Shown here: in pieces, positions 9,954-19,161 of the stretch | Numbering within the stretch: the first letter of the stretch is position 1 | Layout of the letters: every line of letters starts with the position of its first letter | NCBI GenBank assembly: GCA_003864475.1 | Contig: BGZO01000002.1 | Location: 16,137-80,136 of the forward strand | Source: Candidatus Termititenax persephonae | GTDB lineage: Bacteria; Margulisbacteria; Termititenacia; Termititenacales; Termititenacaceae | DNA: 64,000 bases | Direction: 5' to 3' | Program-made: the position numbers and the translations under genes | Notes under the pieces: model-generated | Told to the model about the DNA's origin: nothing | Database searches by the model: none | Seen by the model: the letters and a program-made list of their open reading frames with translations, nothing else

Positions 9954-10583
9954 ATGAATGCCTCTATCCCCAGCAACGCCATCAAACGCCTAACCTTGTA
10001 CCACCACATCCTGAGCGACTGCCTGCTTAAAGGGAATGAATATATCTCCAGCCAGCACATCGCCGAACTGCTCAAAATCGACGACTCGCAGGTACGCAAG
10101 GACATCGCGCTCTGTGCCGCCAGCGGCAAAACCAAAGTCGGCTATGCGGTGTTGGAATTAAAAAAAGCTATCGAGCGGCTGCTGGGTTTCCGCGAACAAA
10201 AAGCGGCGTTCATCATCGGCGCGGGCAATCTGGGCAGTGCGTTGGCGAAGCACACGGATTTTCAAGATTATGGGCTGGACATTGTTGCGCTCTTTGACAA
10301 TGACCCGACCAAGATTGACACCTTCATCAACGGCAAAAAAATTTATCCCCTGCCCAAACTGTATCAGGTCGCCACGCACGAGAATCTGGTCAATAAAAGA
10401 AAAGTTGAGATTGCCCTCCTGACCGTCCCCGCCGCCGCCGCGCAAAAATCCGCTGAACTATTGACCCAGTCCCAGATAAAATACATCTGGAATTTTACGC
10501 CGACTATCCTGTCCGTGCCGGATAATGTCCGCGTGTGCAATGAAAATCTGGTTGGGAATTTTTTGGATTTCACGAATAATTAA
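9954..10583 (+). CDS. rex: Redox-sensing transcriptional repressor Rex
   Basis: 209 aa. N-terminal wHTH (IKRLTLYHHIL...SSQHIAELLKIDDSQVRKDIA) followed by a Rossmann GAGNLGSALA motif. Confidence 0.9.
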   Translation: MNASIPSNAIKRLTLYHHILSDCLLKGNEYISSQHIAELLKIDDSQVRKDIALCAASGKTKVGYAVLELKKAIERLLGFREQKAAFIIGAGNLGSALAKHTDFQDYGLDIVALFDNDPTKIDTFINGKKIYPLPKLYQVATHENLVNKRKVEIALLTVPAAAAQKSAELLTQSQIKYIWNFTPTILSVPDNVRVCNENLVGNFLDFTNN

Positions 10584-10739
10584 GTAATTGACATTCCGCC
10601 CAATTTCGCCGAAAATTTCCTACGGTCAGGTTGAGCATAGACAACATGCCATATTCTTTCCAGCAGTGCTGAGGATAAGAGTTTAGTAAACTTTTACCAC
10701 AAACTTGTGAAGAATATTTTGCTTTAAGGAGTAAATAAA

Positions 10740-11306
10740 ATGAAAGAAGCCATCGACTGCAAGCCAGGTCAAATCATCCAGAAAGACGGCGCACTGTACA
10801 TCGTACGCTCATGGTATCCGCACAAGATTGGCGACCGCGGCGGCATCGTCGTGGACATGAAGATTGAAAATCTGGACACGGGCAATATTTCCATGATTCA
10901 GCCGCGTTCGCAGGACAAGTTCGACGACGTGGTGCTGGAGCGCAAACAGGTGCAGTACTCTTACCAAGATGGCGACATGTATGTCTTCATCGACAAGAAT
11001 ACTTTTGACCAAATCGAAATTGTTGAAAAACTCATCGGCGCTAACCTCCACCTGCTCAAAGAAAACATGGAGCTGGATATTTTTTTTCACGAGGGACGTG
11101 CCGTGTCGGTGGTTTTTCCGACTTTTGTCGAGATGGAAATTTCTTACACTGAAAACGTCGTGCGCGGCGATACTTCCGGCAAGGTAATGAAAAAAGCCCA
11201 GCTTGAGAATTCTGGTTATGAAATCGACGTGCCGGCTTTCTGCAATATCGGCGACAAGATAAAAATTGACACCCGCACCCGCGAGTATGTCGAGAGAGTG
11301 AAGTAG
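10740..11306 (+). CDS. efp: Elongation factor P family protein (Arg at the modified-loop tip)
   Basis: 188 aa with three-domain EF-P colinearity to the C-terminal DTRTREYVERVK. RBS AAGGAG. The loop reads HKIGDRGGIVV where E. coli has [11 protein letters not shown]. Confidence 0.85.
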   Translation: MKEAIDCKPGQIIQKDGALYIVRSWYPHKIGDRGGIVVDMKIENLDTGNISMIQPRSQDKFDDVVLERKQVQYSYQDGDMYVFIDKNTFDQIEIVEKLIGANLHLLKENMELDIFFHEGRAVSVVFPTFVEMEISYTENVVRGDTSGKVMKKAQLENSGYEIDVPAFCNIGDKIKIDTRTREYVERVK

Positions 11307-11327
11307 CCGCCAGAGGCAGGGTCGGCC

Positions 11328-12128
11328 ATGAATATCATCATCAACAGCGACGACTTTGGCATCAGTGCCAGCGCGAATCAAGCCATCGCCGCCCTGCACA
11401 AAAAAGGTGTTATCTCTTCGGCAACCCTGCTAGTCGATTTGCCTTACGCCAAGGATGCCGCCGAACTGGCCAAAAAACAAAATATCCCCGTCGGCCTGCA
11501 TTTCAACCTGACCCTCGGTCCGCTGGCCAAGTACAAGGGCCGCGCCGATTTTGAACGCCAGCTCGCTTTGGGACGGGTCAGCATCAGGCTGCTCAAAGAA
11601 GAACTGGCGCGGCAATACAATAAATTCTTGAGTTTCGGGCTTACCCCGACACATCTCGACACCCATCAGCATATTCACAACTGGCCGCTGATTTTCCCAG
11701 TCTTCGCCCGGTTTGCCCAAAAGCATAAAATGCCGCTCCGTTTGGTCTTAGAAAAGCCGGTCTTCAATCGCTACGCCAAACTCCAAGACGGCGACTGCCG
11801 CCAGCTAATCCGTAAGCTGGTTTTCCTCATCTTCGGCTGGTTAAACCTTCTGACCGCCAAACTGTTGCGCGTCAAAACCAACCGTTCCCTGACTTCAGTC
11901 CTTGCGCTTTGGCCGCGTCCGGCCCAGCTGGAAATCAAACATTTGCGCCTCCTCCTGCAAAAAAGCCGCAATAACACCGAGTATATGTGTCATCCTATCG
12001 TCAGCGCGGAAAATACCCCCACCGCCATTACGGAAACTTCCGTGCGCGAATACGATTTAATGACAAACCCTGAATTTTTCGCTATGCTAAACAATCGGCA
12101 TAATTTGATTAGTTTCGGAGGACTTTGA
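11328..12128 (+). CDS. YdjC/ChbG-family carbohydrate deacetylase
   Basis: N-terminal IINSDDFGIS and the HLDTHQHIH metal-binding motif. Confidence 0.75.
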   Translation: MNIIINSDDFGISASANQAIAALHKKGVISSATLLVDLPYAKDAAELAKKQNIPVGLHFNLTLGPLAKYKGRADFERQLALGRVSIRLLKEELARQYNKFLSFGLTPTHLDTHQHIHNWPLIFPVFARFAQKHKMPLRLVLEKPVFNRYAKLQDGDCRQLIRKLVFLIFGWLNLLTAKLLRVKTNRSLTSVLALWPRPAQLEIKHLRLLLQKSRNNTEYMCHPIVSAENTPTAITETSVREYDLMTNPEFFAMLNNRHNLISFGGL

Positions 12129-13084
12129 TGGCAAAGTTTTTGGTTACAGGCGGCGCGGGCTTTATCGGTTCTAATCTGGCTAAGGCTCTGCTGGCCAACG
12201 GCGACACGGTGCGCCTCATGGACAATTTGGCGACCGGACGTTTGAGCAATATCGAGCCGCTTTTGGGCAAAATTGATTTTCAGCAAACCGACCTCGCCAA
12301 GCTGGCTGACTGCCGCCGGGCCGTGGACGGCATGGACTATGTCCTGCATCACGGCGCGATACCTTCCGTGCCGCGCTCCGTCGATGACCCTCTCAAGACC
12401 AATGCCGCCAATGTAACCGGCACACTCAATCTCCTGCTGGCCGCGCGGGAAGCCAAGACCAAACGCCTAGTCTATGCCGCGTCCTCGTCGGCCTACGGGG
12501 ACTCCCCGGTCATGCCCAAGGTGGAAACCATGGAGCCTCATCCCAAATCGCCCTACGCCATCCAAAAATTAGCTGGCGAAATGTACTGCCAAAACTTCAG
12601 CAAATTGTACGGACTGGAAACGGTCTGCCTGCGGTATTTCAATGTCTTTGGCCCAAACCAAGACCCGCATTCGGTTTACTCGGCAGTCATACCGCTTTTC
12701 AGTCAAGCCATTTTGCAGGACCAAGCCCCGACGATTTTTGGCGACGGTTTGACCTCGCGTGATTTTACCTATGTTGACAATAATGTGCAGGCCAATCTGC
12801 TGGCTTGCGCCGCGCCCCGGGCGGCGGTAGGCGAGGTCATCAACGTCGCCTGCGGCTACGAGATTTCGCTCAATCAACTCGTCGCCAAAATTAATCAGCA
12901 TTGCGGCAAAAATATTCAGCCCCATTACGCCGCTGAACGCGCGGGCGATGTCAAACATTCTCTTGCCGATATTGGCAAAGCGGAAAAACTGCTCGGCTAC
13001 AAACCGTTGGTGTCTTTTGACGAGGGTTTAGCCAGAACGATAGAGTTTTACAAGGCAGACGTTTTGACCCCACCCGGCGAATGA
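12128..13084 (+). CDS. NAD-dependent nucleotide-sugar epimerase (extended SDR)
   Basis: GGAGFIGSNL Rossmann motif and YAIQK (YxxxK). The ATG overlaps the upstream TGA (TGATG), with GGAGG 8 nt upstream. Confidence 0.8.
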   Translation: MAKFLVTGGAGFIGSNLAKALLANGDTVRLMDNLATGRLSNIEPLLGKIDFQQTDLAKLADCRRAVDGMDYVLHHGAIPSVPRSVDDPLKTNAANVTGTLNLLLAAREAKTKRLVYAASSSAYGDSPVMPKVETMEPHPKSPYAIQKLAGEMYCQNFSKLYGLETVCLRYFNVFGPNQDPHSVYSAVIPLFSQAILQDQAPTIFGDGLTSRDFTYVDNNVQANLLACAAPRAAVGEVINVACGYEISLNQLVAKINQHCGKNIQPHYAAERAGDVKHSLADIGKAEKLLGYKPLVSFDEGLARTIEFYKADVLTPPGE

Positions 13085-14247
13085 CCAGAATCCTGCGTAT
13101 CATTGCCAGATTAAATATCGGCGGCCCAGCCCTGCACGTTACCAATCTCAATTATTACCTCGACCATGTTTACGGTTGCGAGTCCCTGCTCGTCCACGGT
13201 TCGCTGGCCAAAGGCGAGGGGTCGATGGAATATCTCGCCTCAGCCAAAAATCTAAAAACCATTGTCCTGCCTGAATTGGGCCGGGAACTGAATCCCTGGC
13301 GAGACCTAAAAACAATCTGGCGGCTCTACCGCATCATCAAGCGCGCCCAACCGGACATCGTGCATACGCACACCGCCAAGGCCGGAGCGGTCGGGCGCCT
13401 CGCCGCCCAACTCGCCGGGGTAAAAAAAATCTACCATACCTTTCACGGCCATGTCCTGCACAGTTACTTTGGCAAATTTAAAACCCGCATCTTTATTCTT
13501 CTTGAAAAAATTTTGGCACGGCTCACTACTAAAATCATCGCCATCTCCGAGCGGCAAAGAGCCGAGCTGCTCTCTTTCGGCATTGCCCCGGCAGAAAAAA
13601 TCACGGTCATCCGCCTAGGTTTTGAGTTAAACAAATTAACTCCGTGCCAAAATTATTGGCGGACAAAATACCGTCTGCCCCCTGATTTGCTTCTTGTGGG
13701 CATAGTTGGCCGCCTCGTTCCTGTCAAGAATCATGAGTATTTTCTGTCCATCGCCCAAGAAGTCTGCCGTCAAACCGCCGCCGTGCGCTTTATCCTGATT
13801 GGCGACGGGGAACTGCGTGCCAAGCTGGAAATCGCCGTCCGGGAAAAAGGCCTGCAGGATAGGGTGTTTTTTGCCGGGTTCCTAACTGAGCCAAAGGAAA
13901 TCTACAGCGACCTCGACATCGTGGTCTTAACCTCGCGCAATGAAGGCACGCCGGTTACGCTCATCGAGGCCATGGCCTGCGGCAAACCTGTCGTCAGCAC
14001 GGAAGTCGGCGGCGTGGCGGACATCATTGACGACGGCAGGACAGGCTGTCTCGCTCCGCAAAATCAACCTGTCGCTTTCGCGGAGAAGATTTTACGGCTC
14101 AGCGCTGACCAAACCTTGCGTGAAAGTCTTGGGCAAAAAGCCCGGGAGAAAATCCTAGCCTTGTACGACGTGCAGAGGCTGGCGGCGGATATTTACGCCT
14201 TATACACCAAACCCAGTTCATCGCCTTGCGGCACGCCAGCCGGATAA
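13081..14247 (+). CDS. GT4-family glycosyltransferase
   Basis: 388 aa with the C-terminal GT-B signature EGTPVTLIEAMACGKPVVSTEVGG. ATGA start/stop overlap with the epimerase gene. Confidence 0.8.
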   Translation: MTRILRIIARLNIGGPALHVTNLNYYLDHVYGCESLLVHGSLAKGEGSMEYLASAKNLKTIVLPELGRELNPWRDLKTIWRLYRIIKRAQPDIVHTHTAKAGAVGRLAAQLAGVKKIYHTFHGHVLHSYFGKFKTRIFILLEKILARLTTKIIAISERQRAELLSFGIAPAEKITVIRLGFELNKLTPCQNYWRTKYRLPPDLLLVGIVGRLVPVKNHEYFLSIAQEVCRQTAAVRFILIGDGELRAKLEIAVREKGLQDRVFFAGFLTEPKEIYSDLDIVVLTSRNEGTPVTLIEAMACGKPVVSTEVGGVADIIDDGRTGCLAPQNQPVAFAEKILRLSADQTLRESLGQKAREKILALYDVQRLAADIYALYTKPSSSPCGTPAG

Positions 14248-15578
14248 AGGCCATCAAAACAACCTTGGCAAAAACCGCAATCTTCCTGCCCGACCGCCGT
14301 GCGCAAGGTTTTTAGTGAAAGATAACCCAGAGTGTCTGCACCCAGTTTCCGGCAAATCTCCGGTACAGAATAATTGGCGGCAATCAACTCGGATTTGAGC
14401 GGCGTGTCAATGCCGTAATAACACGGGCTGACGCTCGGCGGAGCAGAAACACGGAAATGCACTTCCCGGGCGCCGCTGTCGCGCAGAAGCTTGACCAGCT
14501 TGGCGGAAGTCGTACCGCGGACAATGGAATCGTCCAGCAGCACCACCCGCCGCCCTTGTAAAACCTCAGGCAAAGGGTTGAGTTTCAGGCGCACACCAAT
14601 CTCGCGCATGATTTGTGAAGGATTGATAAATGTCCGTCCGACATAGCGGTTCTTAATCAGACCCGCTTCATAAGGAATCCCCGAAGCCTTGGCAAAGCCA
14701 ACCGCCGCCGTGATGCCTGAGTCCGGCACGGGAATGACCGCATCGGCTTCGACTGGATGTTCTTGGAAAAGCAATTCGCCAAATTTTTCCCTAGCCTTGT
14801 AGACATTGCGTCCCTGAATATAAGAATCTGGCCGGGCAAAATAAATGTATTCAAATATACAGAGCGCGGCTGGCCGTGTCTTGTCATAGACCAGAGAACT
14901 CGCGCCCTCGACGGTCAAGGCCACAATCTCGCCCTTCTGTACCTCGCGCACCAACGCCGCGCCAGTAATATCCAAAGCGCAGGATTCCGAAGCCAGCACA
15001 TAACCGCCGTTGACCAGCTGACCGAAGCACAAGGGACGGATGCCGTAGGGGTCGCGCATCCCGATAAGCTTATCACGGCACATCAAGACCAGCGAAAAAG
15101 CGCCCTTCAGCTTCGGCGCAATAGCCGCCAAGGCCGCGACCGGATCCCCGGCATAATGCCGTGCCAAAAGACAGCCGATAATCTCCGTGTCCGAAGTCGT
15201 CTGTAAAACCACGCCGTCAGCTTCCAATTCGGTGCGCAACTCCGCTGTATTGATGAGATTGCCGTTGTGCGCCAGTACCGCCGCGCTGTGGTCAGGTAAT
15301 GGCACTAAAATCGGCTGAGCATTTTGGATTTGCGACGCGCCCGTCGTCGAGTAACGCACGTGGCCAATCGCTTGGTTGCCGGGCAGACCCTGAATAATAT
15401 TTTCCGTGAAAACCTGCGGCACCAAACCCATGCCCTTGTGATAGCGCAACGCACCTTGCTCATCTATAACCGCGATGCCCGCCGACTCCTGACCGCGGTG
15501 CTGCAAAGCATACAGGCCAAAGTAAGCCAGCTTGCCCGCTTCACAGTCTTTGCCGATGATGCCAAATATGCCGCACAT
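14193..15578 (-). CDS. purF: Amidophosphoribosyltransferase
   Basis: MCGIFGI N-terminal nucleophile, a PRTase motif VVLLDDSIVRGTT, and C-terminal Cys ligands. Confidence 0.95.
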   Translation of the reverse strand: MCGIFGIIGKDCEAGKLAYFGLYALQHRGQESAGIAVIDEQGALRYHKGMGLVPQVFTENIIQGLPGNQAIGHVRYSTTGASQIQNAQPILVPLPDHSAAVLAHNGNLINTAELRTELEADGVVLQTTSDTEIIGCLLARHYAGDPVAALAAIAPKLKGAFSLVLMCRDKLIGMRDPYGIRPLCFGQLVNGGYVLASESCALDITGAALVREVQKGEIVALTVEGASSLVYDKTRPAALCIFEYIYFARPDSYIQGRNVYKAREKFGELLFQEHPVEADAVIPVPDSGITAAVGFAKASGIPYEAGLIKNRYVGRTFINPSQIMREIGVRLKLNPLPEVLQGRRVVLLDDSIVRGTTSAKLVKLLRDSGAREVHFRVSAPPSVSPCYYGIDTPLKSELIAANYSVPEICRKLGADTLGYLSLKTLRTAVGQEDCGFCQGCFDGLYPAGVPQGDELGLVYKA

Positions 15579-15581
15579 CTT

Positions 15582-17918
15582 TTACTTCCTGCCCAAAAGC
15601 TTCGGCAAGGCGTTATAATATTTGTCCGCCAGATTGTCCACCGTCAGATTGACAATCTGCTCGCCATCCACCGTCAGGGTAAAATCCTGCCCCTGCACTT
15701 TGCCAATAGACTGCGCGTCCACACCGTGCTTGGCCACCAATTTTTGAAAATCCGCCAAAGCGGCAGACGTAACCGAGACAACAGCCCGCGCCTGCGTCTC
15801 CGCAAAAAGCAAGGCATCCAGGCGCAACTGACCGGACATTAACTGCACAGCCGCGCCTCGATTAGACAAAATAGCGGACTCCGCCAGCGCGACCAGCAGA
15901 CCGCCCTCAGACAAATCGTGCGCACTGCGCAAAATCCCCTGCTCAATACCGTCGATTAAAAATTCCTGCAGTTTTTTTTCTTGAGTCAAGTCGATGCGCG
16001 GCGGCAGGCCAACCTCCAAATCATGGCGCAGTTTGAGATATTCTGTGCCGCCCAAAGCGTTGCGCGTCCGGCCAATCTGAAAAAGCCAGTCGCCGTCCTG
16101 AAACTGCGCCGTAACCCGCGGCGTGTCCGGCTCAATGACTCCGACCAGCCCAATGACCGGCGTGGGATAAATCGGCCCAGCAACGGATTCATTGTACATG
16201 CTGACATTACCGGAAATGATTGCTGTCTCAAAAGCACGGCAAGCATCGGCAATCCCTTGGCAGACCCGGCGCATGCTCCAAAAATTTTCGGGCTTTTCAG
16301 GATTGGCAAAATTCAAGCAATCTGTCGCGCCGACCGGACGCGCCCCGACGCAGGCAAGATTGCGCGCCGCTTCCGCCACCGCCGCCGCACCGCCAGTATA
16401 GGGGTCAAGATAGGCATAACGCGCATTGCAATCCGTGGTCAGAGCGATTTTTTTAGCCGAACCCTTAAGGCGCAGGACGGCCGCGTCCGCCACGCCCGGC
16501 GCAACCACCGTATTGGTCTGCACCATGTGGTCATATTGCTCATAGACACAGCGTTTGCTGGCAAGATTCGGCGCGGTCAGCAGCCTGAAGAGCATCGCCT
16601 CCACCTCAGCCTTGGGCAGGTCAGGCAAAGTCTCAATCTTAACCTGCTGTACCTCGGCAAGATAATACGGCTCGGCCTCCGCACATTCGTAAACAGGCGC
16701 GTCGTCCGCCAAGGAACGCGCCGGCACTTCCGCAACCACTTCGCCGTGAAAAAAACAACGCAATTTATCGCCTTCGACAATCTCGCCAATCTCAACCGCA
16801 TGCAGTCCCCAGCGGGCAAAAATAGCATAAGCCAATTGTTCCTTGCCTTTTTCCACAATGACTACCATGCGCTCCTGCGATTCGGACAGGAGCATTTCGT
16901 AAGGAGTCATATTCTTTTCGCGCTGCGGCACCTTATCGAGATAGAGGTCAATGCCCGAATTAGAACGGCTCGCCATCTCGCTGGTCGAAGAGGTCAACCC
17001 TGCCGCGCCCATGTCCTGCATACCAATCACGCTGCCGGTCTTGATTAATTCCAAGCAGGCTTCCAGCAAAACTTTTTCCTTAAAGGGATCGCCTACCTGC
17101 ACGGAAGAGCGTTTTTCCTCGGTTGCCTTGGAAATCTCGACCGAAGCAAAAGTCGCGCCATGAATGCCGTCGCGTCCTGTGTCCGCGCCGACATACAAAA
17201 CCTTGTTGCCGCGACCCGCCGCCCGGCCGCGCACAATCGGGCCATAAAGTTCATCGACCGTCTCATCGCCGGACTGCACCACGCCGACGCACATCGCGTT
17301 GACCAAAATATTTGTGCCGTAAGAATCCGCAAAATAAATCTCCCCCGCGACGGTCGGTATGCCGATACAGTTGCCGTAACCCGCGATGCCGCCGACCACG
17401 CCGGAAAAAAGATAGTTCATGCGGGGATTGCCCGGCCCGATGCCGCCAAAGCGCAAAGAATCAAGCAGGGCGACCGGACGCGCCCCCATCGTAAAGACAT
17501 CGCGGATAATGCCGCCCACGCCTGTCGCCGCGCCCTGATACGGTTCGACCGCCGAGGGATGATTGTGCGATTCGATTTTGAAACTCAGCGCCAGCCCGCC
17601 GCCGATGTCTACGATACCCGCGTTCTCACCGGGTCCCTGCAGGACGGCCTTGCCCGTGGTGGGAAATAATTTGAGCAAAGGTTTGGAATGTTTGTAGCTG
17701 CAATGCTCCGACCACAGCACCGAGTACATGCCCAGTTCAGCCAAGGAAGGATGGCGGCCAAGAATTTTCTTAATCCGGCCATACTCGTCTTCGGTCAAAC
17801 CATGTTCCCGGATGACTGTTTTGCTAAAAGCCTTCGTGTCCGCGACGGTCCGATTAAAGTTAAAGTCTACCAACGCCCCGCTCCCGCATCCGCGTCGAGG
17901 AAATGTCCACTCCGGCAT
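15582..17918 (-). CDS. purL: Phosphoribosylformylglycinamidine synthase subunit PurL
   Basis: 778 aa with VLWSEHCSYKHSK and duplicated AIRS-like domains. The start is uncertain: the listed ATG overlaps nadD by 59 nt, and a TTG at 17873 is an alternative. Confidence 0.9.
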   Translation of the reverse strand: MPEWTFPRRGCGSGALVDFNFNRTVADTKAFSKTVIREHGLTEDEYGRIKKILGRHPSLAELGMYSVLWSEHCSYKHSKPLLKLFPTTGKAVLQGPGENAGIVDIGGGLALSFKIESHNHPSAVEPYQGAATGVGGIIRDVFTMGARPVALLDSLRFGGIGPGNPRMNYLFSGVVGGIAGYGNCIGIPTVAGEIYFADSYGTNILVNAMCVGVVQSGDETVDELYGPIVRGRAAGRGNKVLYVGADTGRDGIHGATFASVEISKATEEKRSSVQVGDPFKEKVLLEACLELIKTGSVIGMQDMGAAGLTSSTSEMASRSNSGIDLYLDKVPQREKNMTPYEMLLSESQERMVVIVEKGKEQLAYAIFARWGLHAVEIGEIVEGDKLRCFFHGEVVAEVPARSLADDAPVYECAEAEPYYLAEVQQVKIETLPDLPKAEVEAMLFRLLTAPNLASKRCVYEQYDHMVQTNTVVAPGVADAAVLRLKGSAKKIALTTDCNARYAYLDPYTGGAAAVAEAARNLACVGARPVGATDCLNFANPEKPENFWSMRRVCQGIADACRAFETAIISGNVSMYNESVAGPIYPTPVIGLVGVIEPDTPRVTAQFQDGDWLFQIGRTRNALGGTEYLKLRHDLEVGLPPRIDLTQEKKLQEFLIDGIEQGILRSAHDLSEGGLLVALAESAILSNRGAAVQLMSGQLRLDALLFAETQARAVVSVTSAALADFQKLVAKHGVDAQSIGKVQGQDFTLTVDGEQIVNLTVDNLADKYYNALPKLLGRK

Positions 17919-18408
17919 CCTCGATTAGGTAAATTTGATCCAAAAACCGTTCCCGCCCTGCGAACAACCGCTCAATCCGGGAAAAACTAGCGCCCGGACG
18001 AAAAACCACGATAAACCGCGCCAAAGTCAGTAATTTATCCGGGTTTTTCCAAGTAAATATCTGTGCAAAAGCGTCGCTGCCGATTATATAGTACAAATCC
18101 GCGCCTGTAAAATCGGGCTGTTTTAGCAAAAACTCCAGCGTATCCACCGCATAGGACAGACCGCCGCGCTCAATATCCGTCAGCAAAAGAGCAAAGTCCG
18201 CGCGCGGCTCCAAGGCCTTGCGCAACAGTTCTACGCGCCGCTCCGCGGAATATTTCGGCTGAGCCTTATGCACGGCCTGATTGAGCGGCAAAAAGTAAAC
18301 CTTGTCCAGGTTCAATTCCCGCTGCGCCAGCCGCGCAACATGCAAATGCCCCTCATGCACCGGGTCGAACGCCCCGCCAAAAATACCAAGCCTTCTAGCC
18401 ATGCCCAA
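17860..18408 (-). CDS. nadD: Nicotinate-nucleotide adenylyltransferase
   Basis: GIFGGAFDPVHEGHL (HxGH) and ISSTRMR motifs. The C-terminus is short relative to typical NadD. Confidence 0.85.
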   Translation of the reverse strand: MGMARRLGIFGGAFDPVHEGHLHVARLAQRELNLDKVYFLPLNQAVHKAQPKYSAERRVELLRKALEPRADFALLLTDIERGGLSYAVDTLEFLLKQPDFTGADLYYIIGSDAFAQIFTWKNPDKLLTLARFIVVFRPGASFSRIERLFAGRERFLDQIYLIEDAGVDISSTRMRERGVGRL

Positions 18409-18481
18409 GTATAATACATTTCACGCCAAGCCGTAATTTCCGAAAAAACACGCTACTTTAAGGCGGTTTTGACTTTCTATT

Positions 18482-18510
18482 TTGACTTTCTGTTCAGATT
18501 GGGATATAAT
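18482..18510 (+). promoter_or_regulatory. Promoter of the TA operon (TTGACT, 17 nt spacer, TATAAT) with duplicated TTTTGACTTTCT boxes
   Basis: TTTTGACTTTCT occurs at 18467-18478 and again at 18480-18491. TATAAT is at 18505-18510. The direct repeats are plausible antitoxin operator sites. Confidence 0.5.
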
Positions 18511-18545
18511 AAGGTCAGTTTAAGGATAGAAAGGAGTGATAAATT

Positions 18546-18833
18546 ATGTCGCCGATATTAACCAAAGCTCTGCCCATCACGGAACTGAAAAAAACCAATG
18601 AGATTTCCAAATACTGCCACGAGGCCAACGAGCCGATAATTATCACCAAAAACGGCTACAGCGACCTCATCATCATGAGCGTGGAAACTTTTGAGCGCGA
18701 AATGTTCAAAGAGGAAGTTTATGCGAAATTGGCCGAGGCCGAGGCGGAGTATCAGTCCGGAGCGCCGCGATTATCGCACACAAAATTTCTGAGCCAACTA
18801 CGGGAAGAAATAAATGCCAAAGTCAAAGCCTGA
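18546..18833 (+). CDS. Type II antitoxin, Phd/YefM-like
   Basis: 95 aa. N-terminal PITELKKTNEISKYCHEANEPIIITKNGYSDLIIMSVETFE matches the Phd/YefM fold pattern. RBS AAAGGAG. It overlaps the toxin gene. Confidence 0.75.
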   Translation: MSPILTKALPITELKKTNEISKYCHEANEPIIITKNGYSDLIIMSVETFEREMFKEEVYAKLAEAEAEYQSGAPRLSHTKFLSQLREEINAKVKA

Positions 18834-19125
18834 CACTGAACTTTTAGTCCAAGCACAGGAAGATATAAGAAAGATAGTAAATTATCTCTCCGAACAGAGT
18901 ACATTAGCAGCGGACAATTTTATACAAAAAGTATGGCACGCTTTGGATCAATTGGCTTTATTTCCTGAAAGTGCGCCCGTTTCTAAAAACGTCCGTCTGT
19001 CCGGCGAAAAATACAGAACGCTAGTGCTAGTCTATAATTATTTATTATTTTATAAAATCCATAAACAAACCGTCATCGTTTACAGAATACTCAACGGCAA
19101 ACGGAATTACGGGGAGTTTGTTTAA
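18814..19125 (+). CDS. Type II toxin, ParE/RelE superfamily
   Basis: 103 aa. Pattern DIRKIVNYLSE...LALFPESAPV...YRTLVLVYNYLLFYKIHKQTVIVYRILNGKRNY. The region is AT-rich. Confidence 0.7.
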   Translation: MPKSKPDTELLVQAQEDIRKIVNYLSEQSTLAADNFIQKVWHALDQLALFPESAPVSKNVRLSGEKYRTLVLVYNYLLFYKIHKQTVIVYRILNGKRNYGEFV

Positions 19126-19161
19126 GCACCGTGATTATGGACTTAACTAGCACATTACAGC

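Noticed and set aside
10565-10590. A TCACGAA Rex half-site at the 3' end of rex, upstream of efp, which could be a second Rex operator.
   Set aside because: Only one half-site matches. The partner position reads AATTTTT or TTTTGGA, so there is no palindrome.
17860-17918. The 59-nt overlap between the nadD 3' end and the purL 5' end, which could be an unusual overlapping-gene arrangement.
   Set aside because: Most likely a start-codon overcall. Conserved PurL sequence begins about 36 codons in, and an in-frame TTG at 17873 reduces the overlap to 14 nt.
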